DNA from: an uncultured Actinomycetota bacterium
GTDB lineage: Bacteria; Actinomycetota; Actinomycetes; Mycobacteriales; Micromonosporaceae
NCBI GenBank assembly: GCA_963724705.1
Contig: CAVRVS010000002.1
Coordinates: forward strand, 699,648-763,647
Length of the DNA: 64,000 nt
Direction: 5' to 3'
The notes below the pieces were generated by a model, which saw nothing but the letters and a program-made list of their open reading frames with translations, had not been told where the DNA came from and searched no databases. Shown here one piece after another: positions 25,525 to 35,234 of the stretch (the stretch's first letter is position 1; each line of letters begins with the position of its first letter). Both the position numbers and the translations under genes were made by a program.

Positions 25525-26384
25525 CAGTCGGTGCCCTTTCCTTTGTTGATCATGGCGAGGTAAATGTCCTCCAGCGTCGGTCGCGCCACCGTGAGGCCGG
25601 GAATCTCGCCGCCGAGCTCGCCGGCCAGCTTCTGGACGAACGCGGTCGGAGTATCGGTCTCGCGCGATTGCCGTCCGGTGGCACCGTCCCAGGTGACGAC
25701 CGTGGCGGCACGGTCACGGCCGCCCAGCACCGACGGCGGGTTCACCTCCAGCAACCGGCCGTCGGCGATCACGCCGACGCGGTCCGCGAGCTCCTCGGCC
25801 TCTTCGAGGTAGTGCGTGGTGAGCAAGATCGTGGCGCCCTCGCCCCGCAGCGATTTGATCAACTCCCAGAACTCGATCCGGGCCTCCGGGTCGAAACCGG
25901 TCGTCGGCTCGTCCAGGAAGAGCAGTTCGGGGCGGCCGATGACGCCGAGTGCCACGTCCAGCCGCCGCCGCTGACCTCCGGACAGGGTGCTCGACCGGGC
26001 GTTCGTCTTGTCACGCAGACCGACCGCGGCGATGACTTCGTCCGAATCCCGTGGCGCCGGATAGTACGCAGCGAAGTGCCGAACGACCTCGCCGACGGTC
26101 AACGCGTCGAATTCGGTGCTGGTGGACTGCAACACGATGCCGACTCGGGCCCGCCAGGCGCGCGTCGGATGGGCCGGATCCGTGCCGAGGACGGACACCT
26201 CGCCGGCCGTACGGGGTCGGAAGCCCTCGAGGATCTCGACCGTCGACGTCTTGCCGGCGCCGTTCGGGCCGAGGAGCGCGAAGCACTCGCCGCGGCGCAC
26301 GTCCAGGTCGATTCCGGCCACGGCGACGGCCTCGCCGTACGTCTTGCGCAGCCCCCGTACCCGGATCGCAGTCTGCTCTTCCAT
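25524..26384 (-). CDS. ABC transporter ATP-binding protein (DrrA-like)
   Basis: Walker A GPNGAGKTS, signature LSGGQRRRL, Walker B LLFLDEPTTGFD, H-loop TTHYLEEAE. Confidence 0.9.
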   Translation of the reverse strand: MEEQTAIRVRGLRKTYGEAVAVAGIDLDVRRGECFALLGPNGAGKTSTVEILEGFRPRTAGEVSVLGTDPAHPTRAWRARVGIVLQSTSTEFDALTVGEVVRHFAAYYPAPRDSDEVIAAVGLRDKTNARSSTLSGGQRRRLDVALGVIGRPELLFLDEPTTGFDPEARIEFWELIKSLRGEGATILLTTHYLEEAEELADRVGVIADGRLLEVNPPSVLGGRDRAATVVTWDGATGRQSRETDTPTAFVQKLAGELGGEIPGLTVARPTLEDIYLAMINKGKGTD

Positions 26385-26495
26385 GCCGACAAGAGTGCCT
26401 TACCTGTCTGAGTCGGCACGAAGCAGGACGGGCGGAACGTGCCTGAGAGTAATTTCACCCGATACGTTAAGGCTACTCGTCAGTAGAATCCGACC

Positions 26496-28477
26496 ATGTC
26501 GTACCGGCTGGATCGGCCCGACCGGCCCTGGGTGATGCGCACCTACGCCGGGCACTCGTCCGCCGCGGCGAGTAACGCGCTGTTCCGGCGCAACCTGGCC
26601 AAGGGCCAGACCGGCCTCTCCGTCGCGTTCGACCTGCCCACCCAGACCGGGTACGACCCGGACAGCGAGCTCGCCGCGGGCGAGGTCGGGCGGGTCGGTG
26701 TGCCGATCGCCCACCTCGGCGATATGCGGGCGCTCTTCGACGGCATACCGCTGGCGGACGCTAATACGTCGATGACCATCAACGCTCCCGCGATGTGGCT
26801 ACTCGCGCTCTACGTCACGGTGGCCGAGGAGCACGGCGCCGACCTCGCCACGATTGCCGGGACCACGCAGAACGACATCATCAAGGAGTACCTATCCCGC
26901 GGCACGCACATCTTCCCGCCGGCCGAGTCGTTGCGGCTCACGACCGACACGATCGCCTGGACGGTCGCCCACACGCCACTGTGGAACCCGGTCAACATCT
27001 GCTCCTACCACCTCCAGGAGGCGGGTGCCACGCCGGTGCAGGAGGTCGGGTTTGCGCTCGCCACGGCTGTCGCGGTGCTCGATGCCGTACGCGACTCAGG
27101 TCAGGTGCCACCCGAGCGGTTCGGCGCCGTCGTCGGTCGCATCTCGTTCTTTGTCAACGCCGGCGTGCGCTTCATCGAGGAGATGGCGAAGATGCGCGCG
27201 CTGACCAGGCTCTGGGACGAGATCACGTTCGATCGCTACGGCGTGACCGATCCGAAGGCACGGCGCCTTCGCTACGGCGTACAGGTGAATTCGCTTGGCC
27301 TCACCGAGGCGCAACCGGAGAACAACATCCAACGCATCGTCCTGGAGATGCTCGGCGTGACGCTGTCCCGCGACGCACGCGCGCGGGCGATCCAGCTGCC
27401 GGCCTGGAACGAGGCGTTGGGACTGCCCCGACCATGGGATCAGCAATGGTCGCTGCGGATGCAGCAGGTTCTCGCGTACGAGTCGGACCTGCTCGAATAC
27501 CCGGACATCTTCGAGGGGTCGGTGGTCGTCGACGGCCTCGTCGAGGCGATCGCGACGGGCGCGAAGGCGGAACTCGCGACGATCCTCGACGCCGGTGGTG
27601 CCGTCGCCGCGGTCGAAAGCGGCTACCTCAAGAGCGCGCTCGTCGGCTCACTGGCCGCTCGTCGTGCGCGGATGGAATCCGGCGCCGACACGGTCGTCGG
27701 CGTCAATCGTTTCGTGGAGACCGAGAGCTCGCCGCTGACCAAATCCGGTGCCGACGCGATAGAACAGGTGAACCCGACCGCCGAGGCGGCCGCGATCTCC
27801 TCGCTGAAGCCTGGCGCGCGAATCGTGACTCCGCGGACGTCGTGGCCGCGCTGGAGCGCCTAACGGCTGTCGCCCGTACCAGCGAAAACCTGATGGACGC
27901 GACCTTGGCGTGCGCGCGAGCCGGTGTGACGACGGGGGAGTGGGCCGGCGCGTTGCGCGCCGTGTTCGGGGAATACCGGGCACCAACGGGGCTGGCCGGC
28001 GCGGCCAGCGCCGACTCCGATGTGGCAACGGCGCGTTCACGGGTACGGGCGACCGCCGCCGACCTGGGCACCGGGCGGTTGCGGATGCTCGTCGGCAAGC
28101 CGGGGCTCGACGGTCACTCCAACGGCGCGGAACAGATTGCCGTGCGCGCGCGTGATGCCGGCTTCGAGGTCGTCTACCAGGGCATCCGGCTCACGCCGGC
28201 CCAGATTGTGGCGGCCGCAGTCGAGGAAGACGTCGATATCGTCGGCCTCTCGGTGCTGTCCGGATCGCATCTGAGCGCGGTCGCGGCGGTCCTCGATGGG
28301 CTGCGCGAGGCCGGCGTGAGCGTGCCGGTCGTGGTTGGCGGGATCATCCCGGCCGATGACGCCGAGACCCTCCGCACGGCCGGCGTCGCGCGCGTCTTCA
28401 CGCCGAAGGACTTCGCTCTGACCGAGATCGTCGACGAACTCGTCACCGTCGTCCGTGAGGCCAACGGCCTCGACTGA
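26496..28477 (+). pseudogene. meaA: Ethylmalonyl-CoA mutase (MeaA/Ecm-type B12 acyl-CoA mutase) interrupted by a 1-nt frameshift near 27807-27811
   Basis: RTYAGHSSAAASNALFRRNLAKGQTGLSVAFDLPTQTGYD...GEVGRVGVPIAHLGDM is MeaA-like. The C-terminal B12 domain (GKPGLDGHSNGAEQIA...) sits in a different frame (track ORFs 26496..27863 and 26795..28477). The junction ctgaag|cctggcgc lacks one base (expected ...SSLK-AWRANRD...). Confidence 0.8.
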
Positions 28478-28510
28478 GCCGCTACCGATGTCGCCGCCGG
28501 CGCGTCAGCG

Positions 28511-28564
28511 ATCATGGGGTTGATGCGGTTACCGGTCGATGGGAAGCAGCATTAACCCCATGAT
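28511..28564. terminator. 16-bp stem hairpin between convergent meaA and DUF4126 genes
   Basis: atcatggggttgatgc-(22 nt)-gcattaaccccatgat, with one G-T wobble. Noticeably less GC-rich than its surroundings. Confidence 0.55.
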
Positions 28565-28578
28565 CCCGAGAGGTTGCA

Positions 28579-29184
28579 TCACGACGCCGGCGTGGCCGCC
28601 GCACGCGCTTGACGTCGGCGCTTGAGTCGCGCACGGAGGCGCCACAACCCAAAGACGACGAGTACGAGCGCGACGATCACCAGGATGGGCAGCACGATGG
28701 CGATCAGGGACATGCCGATGCTGGCACCATCCTCGATCGTGCTCACGACCGGCGCACCGACTCCCAACGTCGCGACGTTGATGACCGGACGCGCGCCGGC
28801 CTTCATCGTGTGCAGGATCAGTGCGATGACGGCGCCGCTGACCACGGCGAGCCACTGGTGGCCATGGAAGAACGTGCCGGGGTCGCTGACCGTCACCGTC
28901 GACGACTGGGAGGACGCGCCGAACGCCAGCCCGCCGGCGGTCGGCCGGATGCCGGTCTGCACGACATCGTTCACGCTGTCCAGCGCGGGCACCTTGTCCG
29001 CGACGACCTCGACCGCGAGCAGCGCGGTGAGCAGCGCCAGCATCCAGCCGTTGGACAGCCAATCCCATCCACGCGGCAGCGTAATGAGGTTGGTGAAGCG
29101 GTTGAGCAGGCCGAGGATCAGCAACGGAATGTATGCGTTGAGACCGGCCGAAGCCGATAGCCCGATCCCGGTCAGCGCCTCCAT
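28579..29184 (-). CDS. DUF4126 domain-containing membrane protein
   Basis: MEALTGIGLSASAGLNAYIPLLILGLLNR...EVVADKVPALDSVNDVVQTGIRPTAGGLAFG is a typical DUF4126 N-terminus. Confidence 0.75.
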   Translation of the reverse strand: MEALTGIGLSASAGLNAYIPLLILGLLNRFTNLITLPRGWDWLSNGWMLALLTALLAVEVVADKVPALDSVNDVVQTGIRPTAGGLAFGASSQSSTVTVSDPGTFFHGHQWLAVVSGAVIALILHTMKAGARPVINVATLGVGAPVVSTIEDGASIGMSLIAIVLPILVIVALVLVVFGLWRLRARLKRRRQARAAATPAS

Positions 29185-29261
29185 GCATCTCATTCAACCG
29201 CGTACGCGCAAGAGCGGCTCGACAGCGAACGCAGCCGAAGTCGGACCGAGGGTTCCCCGGA

Positions 29262-30917
29262 CTATCTGGCCGCGGCTACCTGAGTGCGAATCTGGTAGAC
29301 GGAGTAATCAATGTTCGAGTAGATCATCTGGTAGCTGGCCAGTGCAGGCTTGCCATGCAGCGTTAAGTAGGTCTCGTCCGCGCCGTGCTGCGGCGAGTTG
29401 CGCATCACGATGACGTCCGCGCCGACTGCATGCGGGTCCCGTAACGCCGCCGTCCAAATGTTGGTCTGTCCAGATTTGGAACCTTCATAGATGACGCGGT
29501 CGAGAATCGGGAACGCGACGCGTTCGTTGCCGACGAGGTTGATCAGGACCGGCCCCGTCGTGTGTGCTTTCAGGAAGTCGCCAGTCCGGGCCTGCATGCT
29601 CTGGGCGTTGAAGTCTTCGGCCGCCTCTTGCACGGTGGCCAGTCGGTGGTGCGCGAAGGCATTGGCCGAGATCGCCGTCACACCGATGATCGCAACCAGC
29701 GACGCCGCGACCGCGAACCGCTTCGGTAACCGAGTGAACAGGTAGCCGATGAGTAGCGCCGCAGGCAGCGCGGCGACCAGACCAAAGCGCAGATTCAACA
29801 GGTACGGGTTGACTGGTGGGATGCCGATCGGTTCCTGCCCACGCTCGATGGTGAGGATGAAGAACGGGATGAGCGACGTCAGCGCCAGGATCGGTACCGA
29901 ACGCGCGGAGAAGCGGTCGACCGTCACGAGGACGACAAGGCCGAGGGCGGCGACGGCCAGAATCAAGATTCCGTGATCGGAAACCAGGACGCCGGCATAG
30001 GCCCGGACCGTCCTGGACCAGCTGCCGATCTCGACATCGGTGGTCCGCTTGGCCATCTGATCGGAACTCGAGTTCGCGCCGAACAGAAAGTTGACCGGCG
30101 AGCCGGTGATCGCCCAGTTGTACAGCAGCCAACCGCCAGCCGCCGTGACCACGCCGAACGTGGCAAACAGGCCGGTTAGACCGCGGACGTCGCGCCACGA
30201 GTGACCCATGCGTCGGGCCATGATCAGGACGGCGATCGTGAAAATGCCGCCGAGGAACCAGGCCTCATAGCGACAGAGCATCGCAAGCATGCATGCGACC
30301 GCGGCCCGAAGCAGGTGGCTGGCGCGTTTGGTATCGGCCCAGCGAACCAACCCGTCGGTGGTGAGCAATGCGAACGCGTAGAACGGCAACTCGTCCATTG
30401 CGGTGGTCTGCTGGTAGAGCATGTTGGCGTCGGTCATGAATACGGCGGCGGCGGCGACCGCGGGCCAGGCCAGCAGCGGGCTGAAGACCCTCACAATCCG
30501 ATAGATCAGGGTCGCGCACGTGACGTAAGAGATCATCGACACGAACGCGCCAGCAAGGCCGGTCGCGTACAGGGTCGGATTCCATGCGAACGCCGCCTGG
30601 AGGATATGCGGCGCCGGCAGCCAGATTGCCCCGAGCTGCGCGATGCCGGTTGTACGCCCGACCAGGAACCGCCGACTGATTTCCAGATGCGAATAGGCGT
30701 CCTGATAACCGAGCAGTTGGTGCGCTCGATAAAAGTACACACAAGCCGCCACCGACAGCACAGTCGCCACGATCGCGACGCCGATGGCCACCGGATCACG
30801 ACGTGTCTTCTCCGCGGTGACGCGGCGCCATTGCGATGTCGGCCGCGGCACGCGGATTTCCATCGTCTGGTCCGCCACCGGTAGCCGGGGCCGATCGGCT
30901 GCGTACGGGTGGGACAT
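29262..30917 (-). CDS. GT-C fold (GT39/ArnT-like) integral-membrane glycosyltransferase
   Basis: At least 10 hydrophobic helices. First-loop acidic motif LGYQDAYSHLEISRRF (DEAY-like). C-terminal soluble domain. Start chosen at ATG 30917, 18 nt after the upstream stop. The track ORF extends to 31259 and overlaps the previous gene. Confidence 0.6.
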   Translation of the reverse strand: MSHPYAADRPRLPVADQTMEIRVPRPTSQWRRVTAEKTRRDPVAIGVAIVATVLSVAACVYFYRAHQLLGYQDAYSHLEISRRFLVGRTTGIAQLGAIWLPAPHILQAAFAWNPTLYATGLAGAFVSMISYVTCATLIYRIVRVFSPLLAWPAVAAAAVFMTDANMLYQQTTAMDELPFYAFALLTTDGLVRWADTKRASHLLRAAVACMLAMLCRYEAWFLGGIFTIAVLIMARRMGHSWRDVRGLTGLFATFGVVTAAGGWLLYNWAITGSPVNFLFGANSSSDQMAKRTTDVEIGSWSRTVRAYAGVLVSDHGILILAVAALGLVVLVTVDRFSARSVPILALTSLIPFFILTIERGQEPIGIPPVNPYLLNLRFGLVAALPAALLIGYLFTRLPKRFAVAASLVAIIGVTAISANAFAHHRLATVQEAAEDFNAQSMQARTGDFLKAHTTGPVLINLVGNERVAFPILDRVIYEGSKSGQTNIWTAALRDPHAVGADVIVMRNSPQHGADETYLTLHGKPALASYQMIYSNIDYSVYQIRTQVAAAR

Positions 30918-30934
30918 ACCGGTTGGTGCGCTGG

Positions 30935-32074
30935 TCACTGACCCGGCCATCCCTTTGCGAAACAGTCTTTGATCGCCGAGTCGCCGCGACCGATGAACGA
31001 GGTGCTCGTGTAGGAAGACGCTTTGGCTGGGTCGGCCCACGCATCGAGGTTCCAGAAGTAGATGCCGGACATGTGCAGCGTACGGGCGGCGTCGCAGGCT
31101 CCGGCGAACCACTTTGACTGGATCTTCGGTGCCAGTCGATCGCTCGTACTGCCCCAGGCGACCGGGTCCTTGTAGGCACCCGCAGTCGCGGCGATTCCGA
31201 CCTCTTGAATGACGGTGCTGGTCAGATTGGTCGGGTTCTCCTGCAACCATCCGGTCCACGCGTCGGCGATCTGCGCTGTCGTGGCGGAGTCCGACAGTTT
31301 CAGTTGTGGGTAGGCATCCACCCCGAGCTCCGGGCCGCTGACTCCGGGACGGCCGGTCGCCCAGCGGCCCCAGTTGTCCGCGTACGCCAGGCGGCCGCGG
31401 AACACCGACGATGCCGCTGCCTGCAGCGTCTTCCAGGACGTCGACTGACTAACCAGCGAGTCCAGTTCGGACCCGATCACGAAGGTATCCGCGTGCCCGG
31501 CCTGAGCCACGGTGAGGAACGGCGTCAGTGTCCGCCGATACGACGCAAACCAGGCCGTCATGCTCACCGGTTTGATCGAGCCGCGCCAGGCGCCCGCACT
31601 ATTCTTGATGTTGGTCTCGTCGATGATCGGGCGGATCATCACCCGCAGTCCGCGTGCCCTTGCCTCGCCGATCACCACTCGCAGCGAGGCCGGCGTCGGC
31701 GTCACGCCGGTCTTCGTGTAGACCTTCGTCGGCCGCGCACCGTCGGTGAAGATCGGAAACGAGATGCCGACGCTGTTGGCTCCGAGGCCGACGACATAGT
31801 CGAAGAGGCGATCGGCATTGCCCTTCACCGCGTACGGGTCGTTCACGTCGTGCCAGTAAATCTGGATGCCCAGCTGCGCTTTGGTCGCCTTGCTGGCCGC
31901 CGAGACCTGCCGTACGGCGGCCGATGGCGACGCCGCCGAACCGCTTGCCGCCGCCCCGGCCGGCGCGCCCGGGGCGGCCGGTTGCTCACTGGGAATGCTT
32001 GGCCCAAGCTGCGAACAGGCGGACAGTAGCCCGGCCAGAGCCACCAGCGCGCACGCGGCCGCTCGCCGCTTCAT
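30935..32074 (-). CDS. Lipoprotein, TIM-barrel glycoside-hydrolase-like
   Basis: Lipobox LLSAC. Candidate clan GH-A glutamates in VIGSELDSL and VIQEVGIAA. Its ATG overlaps the GT2 stop (ATGA). Confidence 0.55.
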   Translation of the reverse strand: MKRRAAACALVALAGLLSACSQLGPSIPSEQPAAPGAPAGAAASGSAASPSAAVRQVSAASKATKAQLGIQIYWHDVNDPYAVKGNADRLFDYVVGLGANSVGISFPIFTDGARPTKVYTKTGVTPTPASLRVVIGEARARGLRVMIRPIIDETNIKNSAGAWRGSIKPVSMTAWFASYRRTLTPFLTVAQAGHADTFVIGSELDSLVSQSTSWKTLQAAASSVFRGRLAYADNWGRWATGRPGVSGPELGVDAYPQLKLSDSATTAQIADAWTGWLQENPTNLTSTVIQEVGIAATAGAYKDPVAWGSTSDRLAPKIQSKWFAGACDAARTLHMSGIYFWNLDAWADPAKASSYTSTSFIGRGDSAIKDCFAKGWPGQ

Positions 32075-33759
32075 CGGGAGTCCGGCGCCGTGCGCGAGAA
32101 CACAACCGTGGCCGCGTCCTCATGCCGAGGGGCCGGGCCAGGTGGGGCCGGGCGATGTGGGCCCGGACGGAGTGGGGCCGGACGATGTGGCGCCGGACGA
32201 TCGGGGGCGGCACGATGTGCCGTCGCCGGGCGCTGTAGCGGCGGGTGAACCGGCGGCTGCCATACCGGAACGTGTGGCAGTTCGATGTCGTCGTCGGATT
32301 CTTCGTGCCCATGCGGCGTCTTGTGCCAGGTGCGCTTCCCGATGATCAGCTCGAACGTGGCGATGTAGGTCGAGCGGCTCATCCACAACCACATGAGCTG
32401 GGCGGCGAACATGTACTTGACCAGGCCAAACCGGCCGCGTGTGTGGTGCGCCTCGTCAAGGCATGTCTGCATCAGTTCGTGCAGGAGGCCGAAGTTGCCG
32501 ATGATCATCAACGCCGTCGCGGTGTAATAAATCGGCGTGGGGAACAGACCCTGGATAACCGGTGATTTGGTAGCGAAGTCAGCGATCGTGATGGCGATGA
32601 AGATCGGGTTCAGGACGAACGTCAACGGCGTGCCCAGTGTGAGCAGGATGAAACACAGCCAGCGATGTGGGCCCATCCGCCGCGCCGACCGCAGCGGGTG
32701 TCGGGTGTGCACTAGCCCGGTCTGCAGATAGCCGCCCTTCCACCGACGTTGCTGCTTGTCGACGACTCGACTGGAGACCGGTGCCTCCTCCAACGTCACC
32801 GACGGAAGCAGGTCCACCCGATAGCCCGATTCAACGAGGCGCGCACCGAGGTCGGCATCCTCGGTGAGGTTGTGCGGGTCCCACACGAGTCCACTGGGCA
32901 GGGCCGCGGCGAGTAGGGCCTCGACCTTGAAATGGTTTGACGTGCCGCCGAGCGGCACCGGCAGACCCAGCCGGACCAGACCAGGCAGGAACCGCCGGAA
33001 GTGGACCTTGTAGCCGATCCAGTACAGCGCTGACACCCAGTTGCTGTCGTCGTTCCAGAACACCAACTCGGCCTGTAGGCAGGCGATGTCACGACGGGCG
33101 GTCCGGAAGGTGGCGACCGCCTTCAGCAACTGGTCTGGATCCGGACGGTCCTCGGCGTCGTAGATCGTGACCAAGCTGCAGCGATCGGCGACGACGAGCG
33201 GGAATGCCACGTTCATCGCGTTCGGTTTGGTCTTCGGGCCACCAGCGGGGATCACTACGACCACGATGTGCCCGAGGGGCCCGTACGGCGGTCGACCGTC
33301 GCCGTGGAACCGGAGGCCGATCGCGGCAGCCGCGGTCAAGGTTTCCTTGTCATCGTGTTCGATGAGGATGTACACGTGCAGCCGGCTCTGCGGATAGTCC
33401 AGCTGACTGATCCGGGCCACCAGGCGGCGCAGCATGTTGGCTTCCTTGTGCACCGGCAACAAGACGCCGTAGTGCGGAAGCTGGTCTGCTGGCGGAAGTA
33501 GCGCCTGCCGTAACGGTCGGTAACCCCGCCCAGCGATGGTCACCACCATCTTCAACAACGCGAAGATCAGGTAGAAGCCGACGAATATGCCGAAAACGAC
33601 AGTGACTGTCGCCTTCGGCTGGCGCACCAACCCATAGACCACCGCAACGGCAACGATGATGCCCAAGATCTTCTGGCCTGGGCTCAGGAGTCTGGCAGCG
33701 GGCGCGTCAGTCAGATTCGGGCGCGTGGCGGTGGTGCGAATCCCCGTGTTTCGCATCAA
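32071..33759 (-). CDS. Family 2 glycosyltransferase, processive synthase type, with Pro-rich repeat tail
   Basis: N-terminal TM helices, DxD region (TIYDAEDRPD), Q-x-x-RW motif (QQRRWKGG), C-terminal TM helices. The tail is PDRPAPHRPAPLRPGPHRPAPPGPAP. Confidence 0.8.
   Translation of the reverse strand: MMRNTGIRTTATRPNLTDAPAARLLSPGQKILGIIVAVAVVYGLVRQPKATVTVVFGIFVGFYLIFALLKMVVTIAGRGYRPLRQALLPPADQLPHYGVLLPVHKEANMLRRLVARISQLDYPQSRLHVYILIEHDDKETLTAAAAIGLRFHGDGRPPYGPLGHIVVVVIPAGGPKTKPNAMNVAFPLVVADRCSLVTIYDAEDRPDPDQLLKAVATFRTARRDIACLQAELVFWNDDSNWVSALYWIGYKVHFRRFLPGLVRLGLPVPLGGTSNHFKVEALLAAALPSGLVWDPHNLTEDADLGARLVESGYRVDLLPSVTLEEAPVSSRVVDKQQRRWKGGYLQTGLVHTRHPLRSARRMGPHRWLCFILLTLGTPLTFVLNPIFIAITIADFATKSPVIQGLFPTPIYYTATALMIIGNFGLLHELMQTCLDEAHHTRGRFGLVKYMFAAQLMWLWMSRSTYIATFELIIGKRTWHKTPHGHEESDDDIELPHVPVWQPPVHPPLQRPATAHRAAPDRPAPHRPAPLRPGPHRPAPPGPAPRHEDAATVVFSRTAPDSR
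32129..32218 (-). repeat. 15-nt tandem repeat x6, in-frame (proline-rich pentapeptides) in the GT2 C-terminal tail
   Basis: Plus strand reads ggggccgggccaggt / ggggccgggcgatgt / gggcccggacggagt / ggggccggacgatgt / ggcgccggacgatcg / ggggcggcacgatgt. Confidence 0.8.
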
Positions 33760-34088
33760 ATGTCTGTGCTCCGGTAGTCACCAACTTGCGCGGCTGCGCA
33801 TCTTCCGCCAGGTCACGATAGCCGGGCGTAGGGCGATGGCTGAACGATAGAGACCCAGCAGTGAAGCGGACAACCCTTGATCGGGCTAACTTTTCAGTGA
33901 GCGATATGGTTACTGTCACTTCCCGCACTCCACGGGATTCCTGCGACGACACTGCGTGACGTTCGATGCCGGACAGTCCTGGGTGGAACGCTTGACCGGC
34001 TGCCCGCCGTACTGAATAGGCATCGTGCTGTCGGAGCGCCAGTTGACATCATTCGTGCCGTATCGGCGGCGTCGCATACGCTGGCGCG

Positions 34089-34748
34089 GTGCGTCTGGTC
34101 ATAGCGCGGTGCTCGGTGGACTACGTCGGTCGCCTGTCGGCTCATCTGCCACTGGCAACGCGGCTCGTGATGGTCAAGGCCGACGGTTCGGTGTCGATTC
34201 ACGCGGACGACCGGGCGTACAAGCCGCTGAACTGGATGAGCCCGCCGTGCCGGATCGAGGAGGCGCCCGGCGTGTGGCGCGTGGTCAACAAGGCGGGCGA
34301 AGAGTTGCGGATTACGCTCGACGAGATCTTCCACGACACCGCATACGAGTTGGGTCCCGACCCTGGCCTGCGCAAAGACGGTGTGGAAGCTCACCTGCAA
34401 GAACTGCTGGCTGCGTCGCCCGCCGCGTTGGGTGACGGCTTTACGTTGGTACGTCGAGAGTTTCCCACCGCGATCGGTCCGGTCGACCTGCTGTGCCGGG
34501 ACACCAACGGCGCCACGGTCGCCGTTGAGGTCAAACGACGTGGCGAGATCGATGGTGTAGAACAACTGACCCGCTATCTGGAGCTGCTGAACCGCGATCC
34601 ATTGCTGGCGCCCGTGTCCGGCGTCTTCGCGGCGCAGGAAATCAAGCCGCAGGCGCGTGTTCTTGCCGCCGACCGCGGCATCCGTTGTGTCGTCGTCGAC
34701 TACGACGCCTTACGTGGCACCGATAGCAAAGACGACCGACTTTTCTAG
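34089..34748 (+). CDS. nucS: Endonuclease NucS (EndoMS)
   Basis: [50 protein letters not shown]...[24 protein letters not shown] is a full-length NucS-like sequence with a GTG start. Confidence 0.9.
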   Translation: MRLVIARCSVDYVGRLSAHLPLATRLVMVKADGSVSIHADDRAYKPLNWMSPPCRIEEAPGVWRVVNKAGEELRITLDEIFHDTAYELGPDPGLRKDGVEAHLQELLAASPAALGDGFTLVRREFPTAIGPVDLLCRDTNGATVAVEVKRRGEIDGVEQLTRYLELLNRDPLLAPVSGVFAAQEIKPQARVLAADRGIRCVVVDYDALRGTDSKDDRLF

Positions 34749-34901
34749 TCCGCTCGGGTCGGCGGGTGTCCGTCTGCGACGGTGGCGGCGAGTTATGAGT
34801 CGAAGAAATCTCAGCGGAGCGTGTCGGATCGAGGCGGCGGCGTTCGTAGCACGGGCGAAAGGCGGCCCGAGAGGCGGCCACGACGACAGGAGATGATCCC
34901 G

Positions 34902-35234
34902 ATGGTGCAATATCTGATGTCCGTACTCACCGAAACGCCCGATTTGGCTACCGCGGAGGAGATGGCCGCGATCGACGCCTTCAACGAGCAGCTCAAGACC
35001 GACGGCTACTGGGTCTTCGCCAACGGCCTCGCATCGCCCAGCACGGCCACGGTCGTCGACGGCCGGGATGGGGAGCCCGTGTTCACCGACGGCCCGTACG
35101 TGGAGTCGAAGGAGTACATCATCGGCTTCTGGATCGTTAACGCGCCCGATCTCGACGTGGCGCTTCGGCTAGCTGCCGCGGGATCGAAGAGCTGCAATCG
35201 GCGGGTCGAGCTGCGGCCGTTCCTGGGCGAATGA
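34902..35234 (+). CDS. YciI family protein
   Basis: MVQYLMSVLTE...DGPYVESKEYIIGFWIVNAPDLDVALRLA is the YCII/DGPF fold signature. AGGAG lies upstream. Its stop overlaps the sigma-factor ATG (ATGA). Confidence 0.8.
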   Translation: MVQYLMSVLTETPDLATAEEMAAIDAFNEQLKTDGYWVFANGLASPSTATVVDGRDGEPVFTDGPYVESKEYIIGFWIVNAPDLDVALRLAAAGSKSCNRRVELRPFLGE

